DNA of 64,000 nucleotides from Octopus vulgaris (taxonomy: Eukaryota), in NCBI GenBank assembly GCA_951406725.2, contig OX597827.1:29760001-29824000 (forward strand), given 5' to 3'. Below, one piece after another: positions 37,118 through 49,309 of the stretch; position 1 is the stretch's first letter, and each line of letters begins with the position of its first letter. The notes under the pieces are model-generated. The model was not told the DNA's origin. It saw only the letters and a program-made list of their open reading frames with translations, and searched no databases. Made by a program: the position numbers and the translations under genes.

Positions 37118-39169
37118 GAATCATTCGCTCAAACCTTGCTGTATCCACAGATTCCATCGTACTACACTTGGAATAGAAAAAATGGGCCCCACGGAAAGCA
37201 GGTCAAAATGTTCATGGATAATCTGGCATTAAGTTTCACACTTGCCTTGGGCGAGTATACACAGTGCATCCCACTCAACAAGAGTGCTTCTACCTTCGTC
37301 TACTACTGTATGAGGTCAGAGGGCCAACGTCTTTCCAGGCCCTAAAAACCGTTCATGGACATGTCTGCACAACATACAGAGAAGCCTGCTATCGACAAGG
37401 TCTGTTAGAAGATGGTGCACAATGGGATGCAACTTTAGGAGAGACTGCTTTATCACAATTATCTAAAACTCTCAGGGCACTATTTTCAGTATTACTACAG
37501 GCATGCGAACTGTGTGATCCGACCACTCTATGGCTCAAATATAGAGTCAACCTGGCTGAAGACTTTCAGCGTCAAGCTCAACTGCTCTGTCCTGACATGG
37601 AGGGTATCAGCAATGAAATCTATAACAAAACACTCATTGAAATTGAAGACAGAATTGCTAAACAGGGTGGAAATGAATTGTCGACGTATGGCCTGCCACA
37701 AGCATTCAGTTCAGGGTCAAATAGCCTTCCCACTGCTGTCATTCGTGAAAAAACCTACGACACTCAAGCGCTTTCAAAGTATATTGTTGAAAATAAGCCT
37801 AAATTAACTTCCGGACCAGCTGCAGGCCTACAGAACTATTCTTAACAGTGTACGCCAACGCGGTGGACGAATCTTCTTCCTCGATGCTCCCGGAGGAGCA
37901 GGAAAAACATTTATTACAAAGCTTCTCCTTGCAGAAGTTAGGCAGCATCAGGACATTGCAGTAACTGTAGCCTCCTCTGGCATTGCAGCTATTTTGTTAC
38001 CCGGTGGCAGGACAGCACACTCACTTTTTAAACTCCCTCTCAATTTAGCAGCATCCGAAATGCCTTCATGCAACATCAACAAAAGCTCAGATCAGGGACA
38101 AGTACTTAAAATGTGTCATCTAATTGTCTGGGATGAGTACACTATGGCTCAGAAGGGAGCTTTGGAAGCATTAGATAGAGGCCTGAAAGACATCCGAGAT
38201 TGTCAGGCTCCAATGGGAGGTATAACGCTTCTGTTGTCAGGTGATTTCAGGCAAACTCTTCCTGTCATTCCGAAAGGCACTAGAGCAGATGAAGTCCAAG
38301 CATGCCTAAAGTCCTCTACCCTGTGGCATCATGTTACAATCCTCAGTCTCACCACTAACATGAGAGCTCAGCTACACGGCGACAAAACGTCTACAAAGTT
38401 TGCACAGGACATTTTGACACTTGGTGAAGGCAAGATGCCTCTCGATGCTGCAGGACAAATGGAAGTGTGGTCATTTTCCTCTGTTGTTAATTATGTAGAT
38501 AACCTCAAAAACAAAGTCTTTCCCAACTTCACACAAAACTACCAAAATCACAATTGGCTATGTGACAGAGCAATATCAGCTCCAAAAAACGTCGCTGTTA
38601 ACAAAATTAATCAACACCTAATGCATTCTCTTCCCGGCACTATACACACTTGCAAGTCTGTTGATACAATTCCAGATATAAATGAAGTTGTGAACTATCC
38701 TCCTGAATTTCTCAATTCACTGGAGCCTCCTGGACTGCCTCCACACATATTAGCACTTAAATTTGGAACTCCTTTAATGCTACTCCGCAATCTGGAACCA
38801 CCAAGACTTTGCAATGGAACACGACTGGTGATAAAGAAAATGATGTCACACGTTATCGAGGCGATCATTCTTTCTGGATGTGGAAAAGATGATGACGTCT
38901 TTATTCCAAGAATTCCTCTTACTCCATCAGGAGCAGAAATTCCATTTACATTCAGAAGACTGCAATTCCCCCTTCGTGTCAGCTTTGTCATGTCCATTAA
39001 CAAATCTCAGGGTCAAACCCTCTCTGTAGCTGGTCTTCTCTTGGAAGAGCCCTGCTTCTCGCATAGGCAACTGTATGTTGGCTGCTCAAGAGTAGGAACC
39101 AAAAGAAACCTTCTTGTATATGCTCCACAAGGAAAAACAAGGAACATTGTTTACAACGAGGTGTTATAA
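37118..39169 (+). pseudogene. Helitron RepHel C-terminal part (PIF1-family helicase), 5'-truncated and frameshifted
   Basis: HPTQQECFYLRLLL..RGPTSF..LKTV; Walker A DAPGGAGKT; GGRTAHS; IVWDE; GDFRQTLPV; LCNGTRL; RLQFPLR..SINKSQGQT; LYVGCSRV; frameshift near 37810. Confidence 0.92.
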
Positions 39170-39249
39170 TCTCAACAGCCAGGAGGTATATACATGATCC
39201 CCTTTTTTTAACAAAATTCATGTACTTTCATGTATTTATATTAATATAC

Positions 39250-39323
<74 letters not shown>

Positions 39324-39339
39324 ATATATATATATATAT

Positions 39340-39990
39340 TTATATATACCAATTAAGGACTGAACACGAAAAGTGGACAGTCAACATGCTAGATATAGAC
39401 GTCAAATCGCCATTCTCCACAAAAAGTCTATGTTCTCAGATCAAACTCAACACCAAACCAAAACAATAAACAAGTGAAAAATATACGAAATAAATATTTA
39501 CCCATGTACTAAATTTAGTTTCGGCTGTTATTTTCCGCAAGGAAAAGTGCAGCCATCATCAGCATGGTCCCATATAAAATGTAATTTGCTGTACTAAATG
39601 CCAACACGATACCGAAATAACGCGTGCATGGAGTACGGCCTATTACATTTGAAATATATATTTCAAATGTCTTTATTTTGGCGCGATGAGACCCGAGAAA
39701 ACTAGCCTGCAGTTAATAGTTAGCAGCAGTTAATTTATCGGTTAGAGAACAAATATTTATATAAAATTAAATTAAGGGTAAAAATTGATATTTATCAATT
39801 AGAACCAGTGGTCTAGCATATTAAAGAAAGAATCCGAAGATTAAAATATTTATATATACCAATTAAGGACTGAACCAGTCCTTAATTGGTATATATAAAT
39901 ATTTTAATCTTCGGATTCTTTCTTTAATATGCTAGACCACTGGTTCTAATTGATAAATATCAATTTTTACCCTTAATTTAATTTTATATA
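39340..39990 (-). mobile_element. Penelope-like pLTR with partial tandem copy and terminal palindrome
   Basis: Homologous to 44345-44840; hammerhead at 39502-39567; fold-back arms 39758-39872 and 39876-39990. Confidence 0.75.
39502..39567 (-). ncRNA. Type I hammerhead ribozyme (canonical core, extended stem II)
   Basis: CCAUG CUGAUGA U GGCUG..UUUUCC UUGC GGAAAA..CAGCC GAAA CUAAAUUUAG UA CAUGG. Confidence 0.88.
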
Positions 39991-40001
39991 TATATATATA
40001 T

Positions 40002-40035
<34 letters not shown>

Positions 40036-40182
40036 TGATAGTTAGACAATATACATATGCATACACACAAACACACATATATATATATGTACATTTGCAT
40101 ACATCCACACACATACACACACACATATATGTACATATGCATACACACACACACATATATATATGTATATTTTTAAACACAT

Positions 40183-40600
<418 letters not shown>

Positions 40601-41019
40601 TATAAGTGTCTTCTGTTATAGCCTCAGGCCGATCAAACCCTTGTGAATGGATTAGATAGATGGAAACTGTAAGCACTGTATTTTATTGACCACAGAAGCA
40701 AAATTGACTTTAGCGGGTTTTGAACTCGGATCGGAAGGTATGAAGCCACACTGTCAGCTCACTGCCTTAATAAGAATGCTTTCAAATTTTGGGACCAGCC
40801 GACTATTTTAAGGGTAGGAAGTTAGTAGACCCGATAATATGGTTGGTACTCTACTTTGAATGCGGAAGGTTGAAAGGCAAAGTTATCTTCTGAGGATTTG
40901 GGGTAGGAGACTAATCGATTACATCGACCTCATTGAATGACTGGTACTTATTTTAACGACCTCGAAAAGATGAAAGGCAAAGTCGATCTTGGCAAAATTT
41001 TAATGCAGCTGCTCAATGT

Positions 41020-41510
41020 TCTATGAAGACTGAAAATACCGTAAGTTATAAGATGGACAGCTGCAACGGAGACTACAAAAACCATAGCCAGCCGGGAGGG
41101 GAACCGCGGGCGTTCTGACTGTACCCACACATCAGAATTCATCTCAACATATTGTAACAAGGCCTTAGGCTCAATTCAGCTGGCTATGTGAACCTGCTGG
41201 AGACTGTGGTCAATCCTTGGTTGGAGAGGGTCGCTGCTGGAAAGTCATATGTGTGGCAGCAGGATTCAGTTTCTTGTCATACCTCCAGAAAGAGTCAGAA
41301 GTAGTTGTTACAGAATGTTTATGATGTGTCCAGCCCCAATGTCTGGCCTCCTGGTTCCCTCCATTGCAGTAATCCCATGGCTTATGTAGTCTGAGGCACA
41401 GTTGAGAAAGACATCAACACTAAGGTCGAGCTGGTGACCAAGATGAAGGAGGTGTTGGATGAACTTCCCAGGCATACAGTGACGAACGCATGCGTCAGAT
41501 TCCAGAGCCG
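41020..41510 (+). pseudogene. Degraded DD37D/maT-like transposase fragment
   Basis: LLETVVNPWLERVAAGKSYVWQQDSVSCHTS..VWPPGS..NPMAY; continues briefly after the SINE insertion (about 41918-41970). Confidence 0.7.
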
Positions 41511-41511
41511 T

Positions 41512-41917
41512 AAGGCGGCGAGCTAGTAGAAACGTTAGCATCCCGGGCGAAGTGCTAAGCGGTCTGCCGTTACGTTCTGAGTTCAAATTCCGCCGAGGTC
41601 GACTTTGCCGTTCATCCTTTACCAGTTACGCACTGTGGTCGATGTAATCGACTTAATCCCTATGTCTGTCCTTGTTTGCCCCCTCTATGTTTAGCCTCTT
41701 GTGGGCAATAAAGAAATAAGAAACGTTAGCACGCCGGGCGAAATGCTTAGCAGTATTTCGTCTGTCTTTAAGTTCAGAGTTCAAATTCCGCCGAGGTCGG
41801 CTTTGCATTTCATCCTTTCGGGGTCGATAAATTAAGTACCAGCTGCGTACTGGGGTCGATCTAATCGACTGGCCCCCTACCCAAAAATATGGGGCCTTGT
41901 GCCTTGAGTAGAAAAGA
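41512..41917 (+). mobile_element. SINE family A dimer
   Basis: Two units joined at AAAGAAATAAG|AAACGTTAGC, the same junction as near 455 on the minus strand. Confidence 0.85.
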
Positions 41918-42707
41918 CTCCGGAGCCGTCTTCAGGCCGTGGGAGAAACGGCGGGGGGTAACTACTTTGAGCAAACTTTTATCTCCCAGCCACAATATCT
42001 AGTTTATATTTCTTGATATTTTAAAATACTTAATAGGATATTATGTTTTCTTCTCCTTTTATGCAAACTGCCAGATTTAGCCCGAACAGCCTGCATTCAA
42101 ACTGAGTGTTAACTAGATTAAGTTAAATCTTCAGGTCTTTTCTCAATTGCACTTTGTCAAATTTAAAGTAGCAGAAGGTTTCTATAGAATATTCCCTTAT
42201 CGTACGTTCAATTGAGATTCAAATATATTGAAATAGCAACCCGTCAATTCTCCATGAAGGCAGAAAAATTATCTCCAGTCTGTTGCTTTTAATATGAAAT
42301 TTCAGGCATGAATTTTCCAGTCAAATGAATTACCTCAAAACCAAAAACTTAATCTGGGTAATGGGCTCGGCTCGTCGAAGTGTAAGTAGCATTTCCTTAC
42401 ACACACACACACATGCACAGAGTCATGCACACATACAAACACCTCGCACACACATAAATGTGCGTCTTTGTATGGTCGCCCTCACATTCCATTCCCATGA
42501 AGGGTTTTCAACGTAGACCTTTAACCTAATTAACACTAGAATGTAACACATAGGTAAAGGTATACGTGTGTGTGTGTGTGTGAGGACATGTATTAGTGTT
42601 TGCTTTTGTATCAAGCTATATCTAAAAACAACTTAACATTAACCTGACGGTTTCATTACTCAATGCTTTTAGCGGAGTACATTTTAAAATTTTACAAGGA
42701 AACGATT

Positions 42708-42753
42708 GACAGTAACTTCGAAATTTCGACTTCTTTGCCTTCATCAGTCTGTC
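42708..42753 (-). ncRNA. Type I hammerhead ribozyme; truncated inverted partner at 42749-42776 (+)
   Basis: GACAGA CUGAUGA A GGC AAAGAA GUC GAAA UUUCGAAG UU ACUGUC; the plus strand has CUGU CUGAUGA..GAC CAA GUC GAAU. Confidence 0.7.
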
Positions 42754-42789
42754 TGATGAGGTTGACCAAGTCGAATATGTATGTATATA

Positions 42790-43800
42790 TACAGAGGTTG
42801 GGCACGATAACAGGAACACCTTGTTAAATAGAATTGTTATTATCTAATACAGAGTTGTTTCATTTTTTGCATCGGTTATAGCTTTAATACATCGAGAAAT
42901 TGAGTCGTAGAAGTTCTGAACGGTTTTTAAGGGAATTCGGAGCCATTCTTCACGTGAAACCTCCTTTACCTCTTTCTGCACCATAAATATATGATCATAT
43001 TGAGATCCGGTGATTAGTGGATGGGGTGGGAGAACGATAAAAATCATCGACTTCAGTAACGATTTTGAATAATACTCGTCGTATGAATCGACACATTATC
43101 GTCCTGGAAGATTGCGCTATCATCAGGGAACTATGCTTCTACCTTGAGATGAACATGATCAGACAAAATACACAGATGATATTTGGCGTTAGCTCTGCTG
43201 TGTAGAGCCAGGAGAATTCTGTGATATGGCTGCCCAAATTGTCATTGTATCACTTCCATGCTTCCCAGTTGAGGTCAGGAAATTAGGGTTGAAGGCTTCT
43301 ATTCCCTGTCTCCCGAATTAAGAAAAATTGGGAATGATGATTCATTAGAGATGATATTCTTCCACTGAGTCATTGACTGTTTCTGATACTCTAGACACTA
43401 TTTTTTTTCTGTTTCTTGCTGTTAATGTGGGAACAGGAGTTTTTTAGCAATTGCAGCCCTCCTGTATTGTCCAGCTTTAGGAAACTCTCGACACAAAGTT
43501 GGAAATGTGAGGGATTAACTCTACTTTCACTTTTGCTATTTTCACTTTTGCTACTTTCACTTTTTTTCTTGTTTTGTTCTTTTTATTTGTAAGCAAAATA
43601 CGTTTCAGTCTTCTGCAGCCCCTTTCAATGACCATCACCTTTCCGCTGAAAATTATCCTTGCAAGAGCTGGCTTTACCTTGGTTTTTGAATACCAACAAG
43701 ATTTGAGAGAGTGTACTTCTTGAAACATTAAACAATTCAGCGGTTTTAGTGTCTGAAGTGACAGAAATGCGCGCTCCGACAATTTTCCAATGCATAAGTA
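42790..43800 (-). mobile_element. Highly decayed Tc1 element
   Basis: TA-CAGAGGTTGGGCACGATAA terminus; fragments IVGARISVTSDTKTAELFNVSRSTLSQI, FQDDNVSIH and LRIPLKTVQNFYDSISRCIKAI. Confidence 0.7.
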
Positions 43801-44344
43801 GATAAATGAATGATGGTGTTTCCACGCGCCCGCGTGTGTGCATGTGTGTATCTGTGTGTCTGTGTCTGCGTATGTGTGTGTGTGTATATGTGCGTGTGAA
43901 CGCGCGCGCGTATTTATGCTTGTCCAAACTCACCCAACCGCATGAGAACGATAAAGTTCGACAAAAGAATCCGATAGATACGTACCAGACTTATAAAGAA
44001 AAGTCCTGATTCTCCATTCCTTCGAGTAAACATTTCAAGGCAGTGATTCAGGACAGCTGCATTGCGATGGCTGGAGTAGAGGAGCAAAACGAGTGTGTAT
44101 ACATGAGTGTGAGTATGTGTGTGGGGTGTAAGTATGTATATATATACATAGATACATATACACACACACACACACAGATGTATGGTAAGAAGCTTGTTTC
44201 CCAACTACATGGTTCCGGGTTCAGTCACACTTCGTGACACCTTGGACAAGTGTTTTCTACTATAGCCTCAGGCCGACTAAAGCCTTGTGAGTGGATTTGG
44301 TAGACGGAAACTGTAAGAATCCCGTCGTATACATATATATATAT

Positions 44345-45022
44345 ATAAAATTAAATAAGTGTAGAAATTGATATTAGTCAATTAAAACCAGTGGCCTAGC
44401 ATATTTAAAAAAATCCGAAGATTAAAAATATTTTTTACATACAAAATTTAAAGGACTGACCACTAAAAGTGGACAGTCTATATGCTAGATATAGACGTCA
44501 AAATCGCTATTTTTCACGAAGAATGTGTTCTCAAGAAAAAACTCAGCAAAAAACCAAAGTGTAAAAATAAGCGAGACAAATGAAAATATACGAAATAAAA
44601 AACGATTACCTATGTACTAATTAGTTTCACTTGTTAATATTCACGCATATGTACACGCGAACATCTGCAAGATCATCAGCATAGTCTGTCGTTTACAAAC
44701 ATAATTTCCAGAACTAGATACAGAACGCTTGACCGAAATCCCGCATGCATAGAGTTCAACAAATTATATTTATGTGTATCTTTCAAATGCCTTCACTTTG
44801 GCGCGCTGAGATCAGAAATTTACTTTGCAGTTAATAAACTAGTGAAACTAATTAGTACATAGTAATCGTTTTTTATTTCGTATATTTTCATTTGTCTTTC
44901 ATTTAGTTTTTTGCTGAGGTTTTTCTTGAGAACACATTCTTCGTGAAAAATAGCGATTTTGACGTCTATATCTAGCATATAGACTGTCCACTTTAAGTGG
45001 TCAGTCCTTTAAATTTTGTATG

Positions 45023-45024
<2 letters not shown>
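44345..45024 (-). mobile_element. Penelope-like pLTR with inverted partial copy
   Basis: 44841-45024 is the reverse complement of 44436-44631; (TA)n on both sides. Confidence 0.8.
44610..44684 (-). ncRNA. Type I hammerhead ribozyme (canonical core)
   Basis: CUAUG CUGAUGA U CUUG..CAAG U GAAA CUAAUUAG UA CAUAG; stem I covaries with the 39502 copy (CCAUG/CAUGG). Confidence 0.82.
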
Positions 45025-45077
<53 letters not shown>

Positions 45078-45177
45078 TATGTATATTTATGTATGTATGT
45101 ATGTATGTATGTATGTATGTATGTATGTATGTATTAGTGTGTCTGTGTTTGTCCTCCCATACTCGCTTGACAAACGA

Positions 45178-45720
45178 AAATATCTGGGCTAGCTAAGTTT
45201 GGGCAACGTGAAGGCCATTCAAATTAGACCCCACACATTGTTCCAGCAAGATGGGGCAACTGCCCATACCACAAGAAAAACAATGCAGTTGCTATGGCAA
45301 TGCTTTGAAGAGAGAATAATCTTCCGCTACAGCAATGTCAACTAGCCTTCACGTTCCCTAAACTTGACTAGCTTGGATTTTTCTTGTAGGGATACCTGAA
45401 AGAGAGGGTTTACGCCAACAACCTCGAGACCCTGGTGCAACTGACGGAGAACATCAACAGAGAATTCAGAAGAGTGGGGTCTGAAACTCTTGAGGGTGTT
45501 ATGGTGCAAATTTTGGAAAGAGTACGAGTGTACAAAGTCGAAAATGGTTGCCATTTCAGCGATGTCATTTTCCATATGTGATGTTGTGGTGTTACATAGT
45601 TTGACTTGCGCGTATAAATTTCCATTATGCCCTTTATATTGTACCAAAATTTCATGCATTTATTTGTAGAATTAAGGAAGTTATTAAAAATTGAAAGACA
45701 TCAGTGACTTTCGGATACCA
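45178..45720 (+). pseudogene. Tc1/mariner (rosa/DD41D-like) transposase 3' fragment with terminus
   Basis: FQQDGATAHTT..*PSRSLNLTSLDFFL*GYLKERVY..ENGCHFSDVIF. Confidence 0.7.
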
Positions 45721-45968
45721 TATAAATGTATGTATGTTTGTATGTATGTATGTAAGTATGTATGTATGTATGTATGTATGTATGTATGTATGTGTCCGTA
45801 CTTGCTTGTGTGTGTCCTCGTAACCTAGCTGTTCGTCAAAAGATCCCGACAGAATAAGCTTTAGGCTTACAAAAAATAAGTCCTGGAGTCGATTTCTTCG
45901 GCTAAAACACTTTACGGCGGTGCTCCAGCATGGCTGCTGTCGAATGACTGAAACAAGTAAACCAATAA

Positions 45969-46016
<48 letters not shown>

Positions 46017-46022
<6 letters not shown>

Positions 46023-46479
46023 AAATTCGGTCTGTGTGTGTTTCTTCTAGGTTCTCGGGCATCCTCCATCCGATTGCGCTCAAATTTGATATGTAGAAAC
46101 CGACAGTATCAGGGTGTGTATAAGTCTTGAGAATGCGATCGATAAAGCCGTGGGAACGTGCATTTGTACGCGCAAGTACATCAGCTGTTGCGATCGATAC
46201 TACGCGTACGCGAAAAATTCTCCCAGTCAACAGCCTTATCATTACTGGTGCTTTAAGCTCTTCGTTTGCATATTTGTGTGAATAAAATGGTTTTTCCTTT
46301 GGAATAGAAAAAAGTCTATCATTACTTCTTCTTCTGCTGGTGTCTCAAATTTAGGTTAAATCAGTGTTTCTCAAAGGGGAGGCCTATGGGACGGTCGGAC
46401 AAGTTGTTTTGAGAAAATTTGGTTTAAATATTTGACAACTCAGCACCGTCCATTGGACGGGGGGCAGCGTTTTGCTCGT
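46017..46479 (+). mobile_element. Non-autonomous Helitron-like element
   Basis: 5' TATATAAAATTCGGTCTGTGTGTG..CCGATTGCGCTCAAATTTG; 3' hairpin CCGTCC ATT GGACGG (46446-46460) about 15 nt before a CTCG end (decayed CTAG). Confidence 0.55.
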
Positions 46480-46658
46480 ATACATATATATATTTGTTTT
46501 GCAAGATTTTTGATGTGAAATCGTGTGTTGAAACAGATATTGTTGTATTTAGGAATGGTCATTTTGCCAGTTTAGCCAATAAAAACACACGCACTATATA
46601 TTTGGTGTTACTTTGCTTCAGTGTTATTTATTTTTTACATTAATCTTAATCTTATTTC

Positions 46659-46702
46659 GGCCAGAGGTCTTTCGTCACACTCCTGTGACCTCATCAGTGG
46701 TC
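46659..46702 (-). ncRNA. Type I hammerhead ribozyme (canonical core)
   Basis: GACCA CUGAUGA G GUCAC AGGAGU GUGAC GAAA GACC UC UGGCC. Confidence 0.75.
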
Positions 46703-46935
46703 TTTTGCTTTCTTCTTTCTTATTTGAGCGTATCTCCTTACTAACAGTCAGCCATTTTGTAATTTGTATTCCTATTGTATGTGTCTTCATTTGTGCATCC
46801 GTATACCTCTATGTGTGTCTATGTTTAATATGTAGGGGGGAGTGCCTGTAATATTTGTATCTCCTGTTTATATACGTTCGTGTTATTTGTTTTTGTTTTT
46901 ATTTATTTTTATTTTGTTCATGTGTTTACACCTAC

Positions 46936-46991
<56 letters not shown>

Positions 46992-47538
46992 TTTAATGTA
47001 TATAGTTATTTACTTCCATTTGATTATTTATCAGTGTATTTTAATATGTTTTTAGTTTTGTTTATATTGTTACCAGTTTATGGGGATCTTCTTCTGTCAT
47101 ATGCTGTGGTGTGTGCTGGTGTTCCATTCCAGTCACCAATTCAGGCTAGGTTTATCTTCTATTATGGGTGTAGCATCCGCAATTTGTCTGATTGCTGCGT
47201 CTGTTCTATGTGTGGACAAGATTTTAACTTCTATGTTGTTGACTGAGCCCCCGTGTTCCTGCTCGGCGTGTTGGTACAGAACCGATGAGCTCTTTTCTTC
47301 CTTAAGTTCACATGAACAAAATCAAAATAAACAAAAACAAAATCAAATTACACGAACGTATATAAACAGGAGATACAAATATTACAGGCACTTCCCCCAC
47401 ACACCTACTAACGAAACATAAACACACATAGAGGTATACGCATGCGCAAATGGAGTCGCATACAATAGGAATATAAATTACAAAATGGCTGACCGTTAGT
47501 AAGGAGAGACACACAAATAAGAAAAAAAGAAAGCAAAA

Positions 47539-47582
47539 GACCACTGACGAGGTCATAGAAGTGTGACGAAAGACCTCTGGCC
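47539..47582 (+). ncRNA. Type I hammerhead ribozyme (CUGACGA core)
   Basis: GACCA CUGACGA G GUCAU AGAAGU GUGAC GAAA GACC UC UGGCC. Confidence 0.75.
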
Positions 47583-47733
47583 GAAATATGATTAAGATTA
47601 ATGTAAAAAAACAAATAACGCTGAAGCAAAGTAACACCAAATATATAGTGCATGTGTTTTTATTGGCTAAACTGGCAAAATGACCATTCCTAAATACAAC
47701 TATATATATATATTTATATATATATATATACAC

Positions 47734-47786
<53 letters not shown>

Positions 47787-47803
47787 TATATGTGTATATA
47801 TAT

Positions 47804-48175
47804 CATTAGGCATGATAAGAAAATATTCAGACAACGTATCTCTAAAAGAAATGGAGAAACTCTCAAAATACAAAGACCTGGAAATAGAGGTAACCAGAAT
47901 GTGGAACCTAAAAACAGAAACAATTCCTATCATAGTAGGTGCATTAGGCATGATAAAAAAATATTCAGACAAATACATAACAAAAACACCAGGACTTACA
48001 AACACATATAACATACAGAAAATTGCACTACTAGGCACTGCACACATCCTACGCAGAACACTTTCCATACAATAACCATCAGAGCATCACAACAAATCAC
48101 AGCACATACCCAAGGCACACAGAGCTGCGCTCGGTAGTGAAGGGAAAGCACGTTATAAAAATAAAACTACTGAAT
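47804..48175 (+). mobile_element. 5'-truncated R4/Dong copy
   Basis: DNVSLKEMEKLSKYKDLEIEV..LLGTAHILRRTLSIQ* is almost identical to 58660-58900; followed by the 3' UTR and (TAA)n. Confidence 0.9.
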
Positions 48176-48176
48176 G

Positions 48177-48246
<70 letters not shown>

Positions 48247-48448
48247 CAACAACAATAACATGAGCAACAACAATAATAAATACATTAAAATCTAAGACGA
48301 CTTCCGACATTTTCTACAAAGCTCCGGAACTTACTACTAAAGGACATCATTCCTTCCAATCTGGGCTTCCGCTTACGTTCTAAGAACAACGCCACCAACG
48401 CGCAAACACACACACAGATATATACACGCATATATAAACACACATACA

Positions 48449-48507
<59 letters not shown>

Positions 48508-48574
48508 CTATATGGAAATATATCAATGTATGTATATATGTATATACAAACATAGACATAGATGCATACATTGA

Positions 48575-48625
<51 letters not shown>

Positions 48626-48942
48626 GTATGTATGTACACACGTACGTACGCATTTATGATGTCACACCTCTTGTACGTGAAAGAGAGATAATGTCTTAAT
48701 TTTGGGGTCACATGGTATCAGGTCAACAATGAGGTCACGACAGAATGTGGCGATGCTTGAATGGGATGATATGTTCTCGAGAATTTTTAGATCACCGTCA
48801 ATAAAAAGGTCGGCGAGGGGAGGGGGAAGTGGAGGGAAACGGTGACGAAAAATATGTGTTTATTATTCATTATACACACAGAGACACTTGTACGCTTACA
48901 CATACATAAAAAATGCATATATAGATATGCATACATACATGC

Positions 48943-48992
<50 letters not shown>

Positions 48993-49133
48993 ATATAATA
49001 TGTGTGTGTGCATAAAGCATAATATATATAATAAAAGAAGGAAAATGCACACATAGTTTTACATAGTTTCACATAGTATACATAGTTTTAATGTATTTTT
49101 TAATATATTTTATAAGTGAAAAAGTATTGTGCT

Positions 49134-49166
49134 TGTCGACCGGTTTCGCTTTAACTATTCATGACA
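49134..49166 (-). ncRNA. Minimal hammerhead variant with A3-U8 core (AUGAAUA)
   Basis: UGUC AUGAAUA GU UAAA GC GAAA CCGG UC GACA. Confidence 0.6.
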
Positions 49167-49266
49167 TTGAAATTATTGTAATTTCGTATTTTCTTACTAT
49201 TTCACATATAAAATATATTTTAAATATATTAAAACTATGCAAACTTTGTGCATTTTCCTCCTTTTA

Positions 49267-49308
<42 letters not shown>

Positions 49309-49309
49309 C

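Larger units (their letters stand above)
44178..45960 (+). mobile_element. SINE family B split by nested insertions
   Basis: 5' half at 44178-44330, middle at 45135-45177, 3' part at 45805-45960; a pLTR fold-back and a transposase fragment lie between. Confidence 0.65.
46493..47700 (-). mobile_element. 5'-truncated Penelope-like element with long inverted pLTR
   Basis: Arms 46542-46924 and 47308-47700. The spacer encodes on the minus strand ELKEEKSSSVLYQHAEQEHGG..RQIADA..KPSLN..EWN, like a GIY-YIG C-terminus. Hammerheads in both arms. Confidence 0.8.

Noticed and set aside
37118-39169. Host PIF1 helicase gene
   Set aside because: It is intronless, frameshifted and preceded by Helitron-specific sequence (YLRLLL..RGPTSF).
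42306-42381. Possible plus-strand exon (TTTCAG|...|GTAAGT)
   Set aside because: Weak polypyrimidine tract, no recognisable peptide and no partner exons.
47130-47140. In-frame TGA in the PLE endonuclease tail as selenocysteine
   Set aside because: The copy is decayed, I identified no SECIS, and ordinary CGA-to-TGA mutation is simpler.
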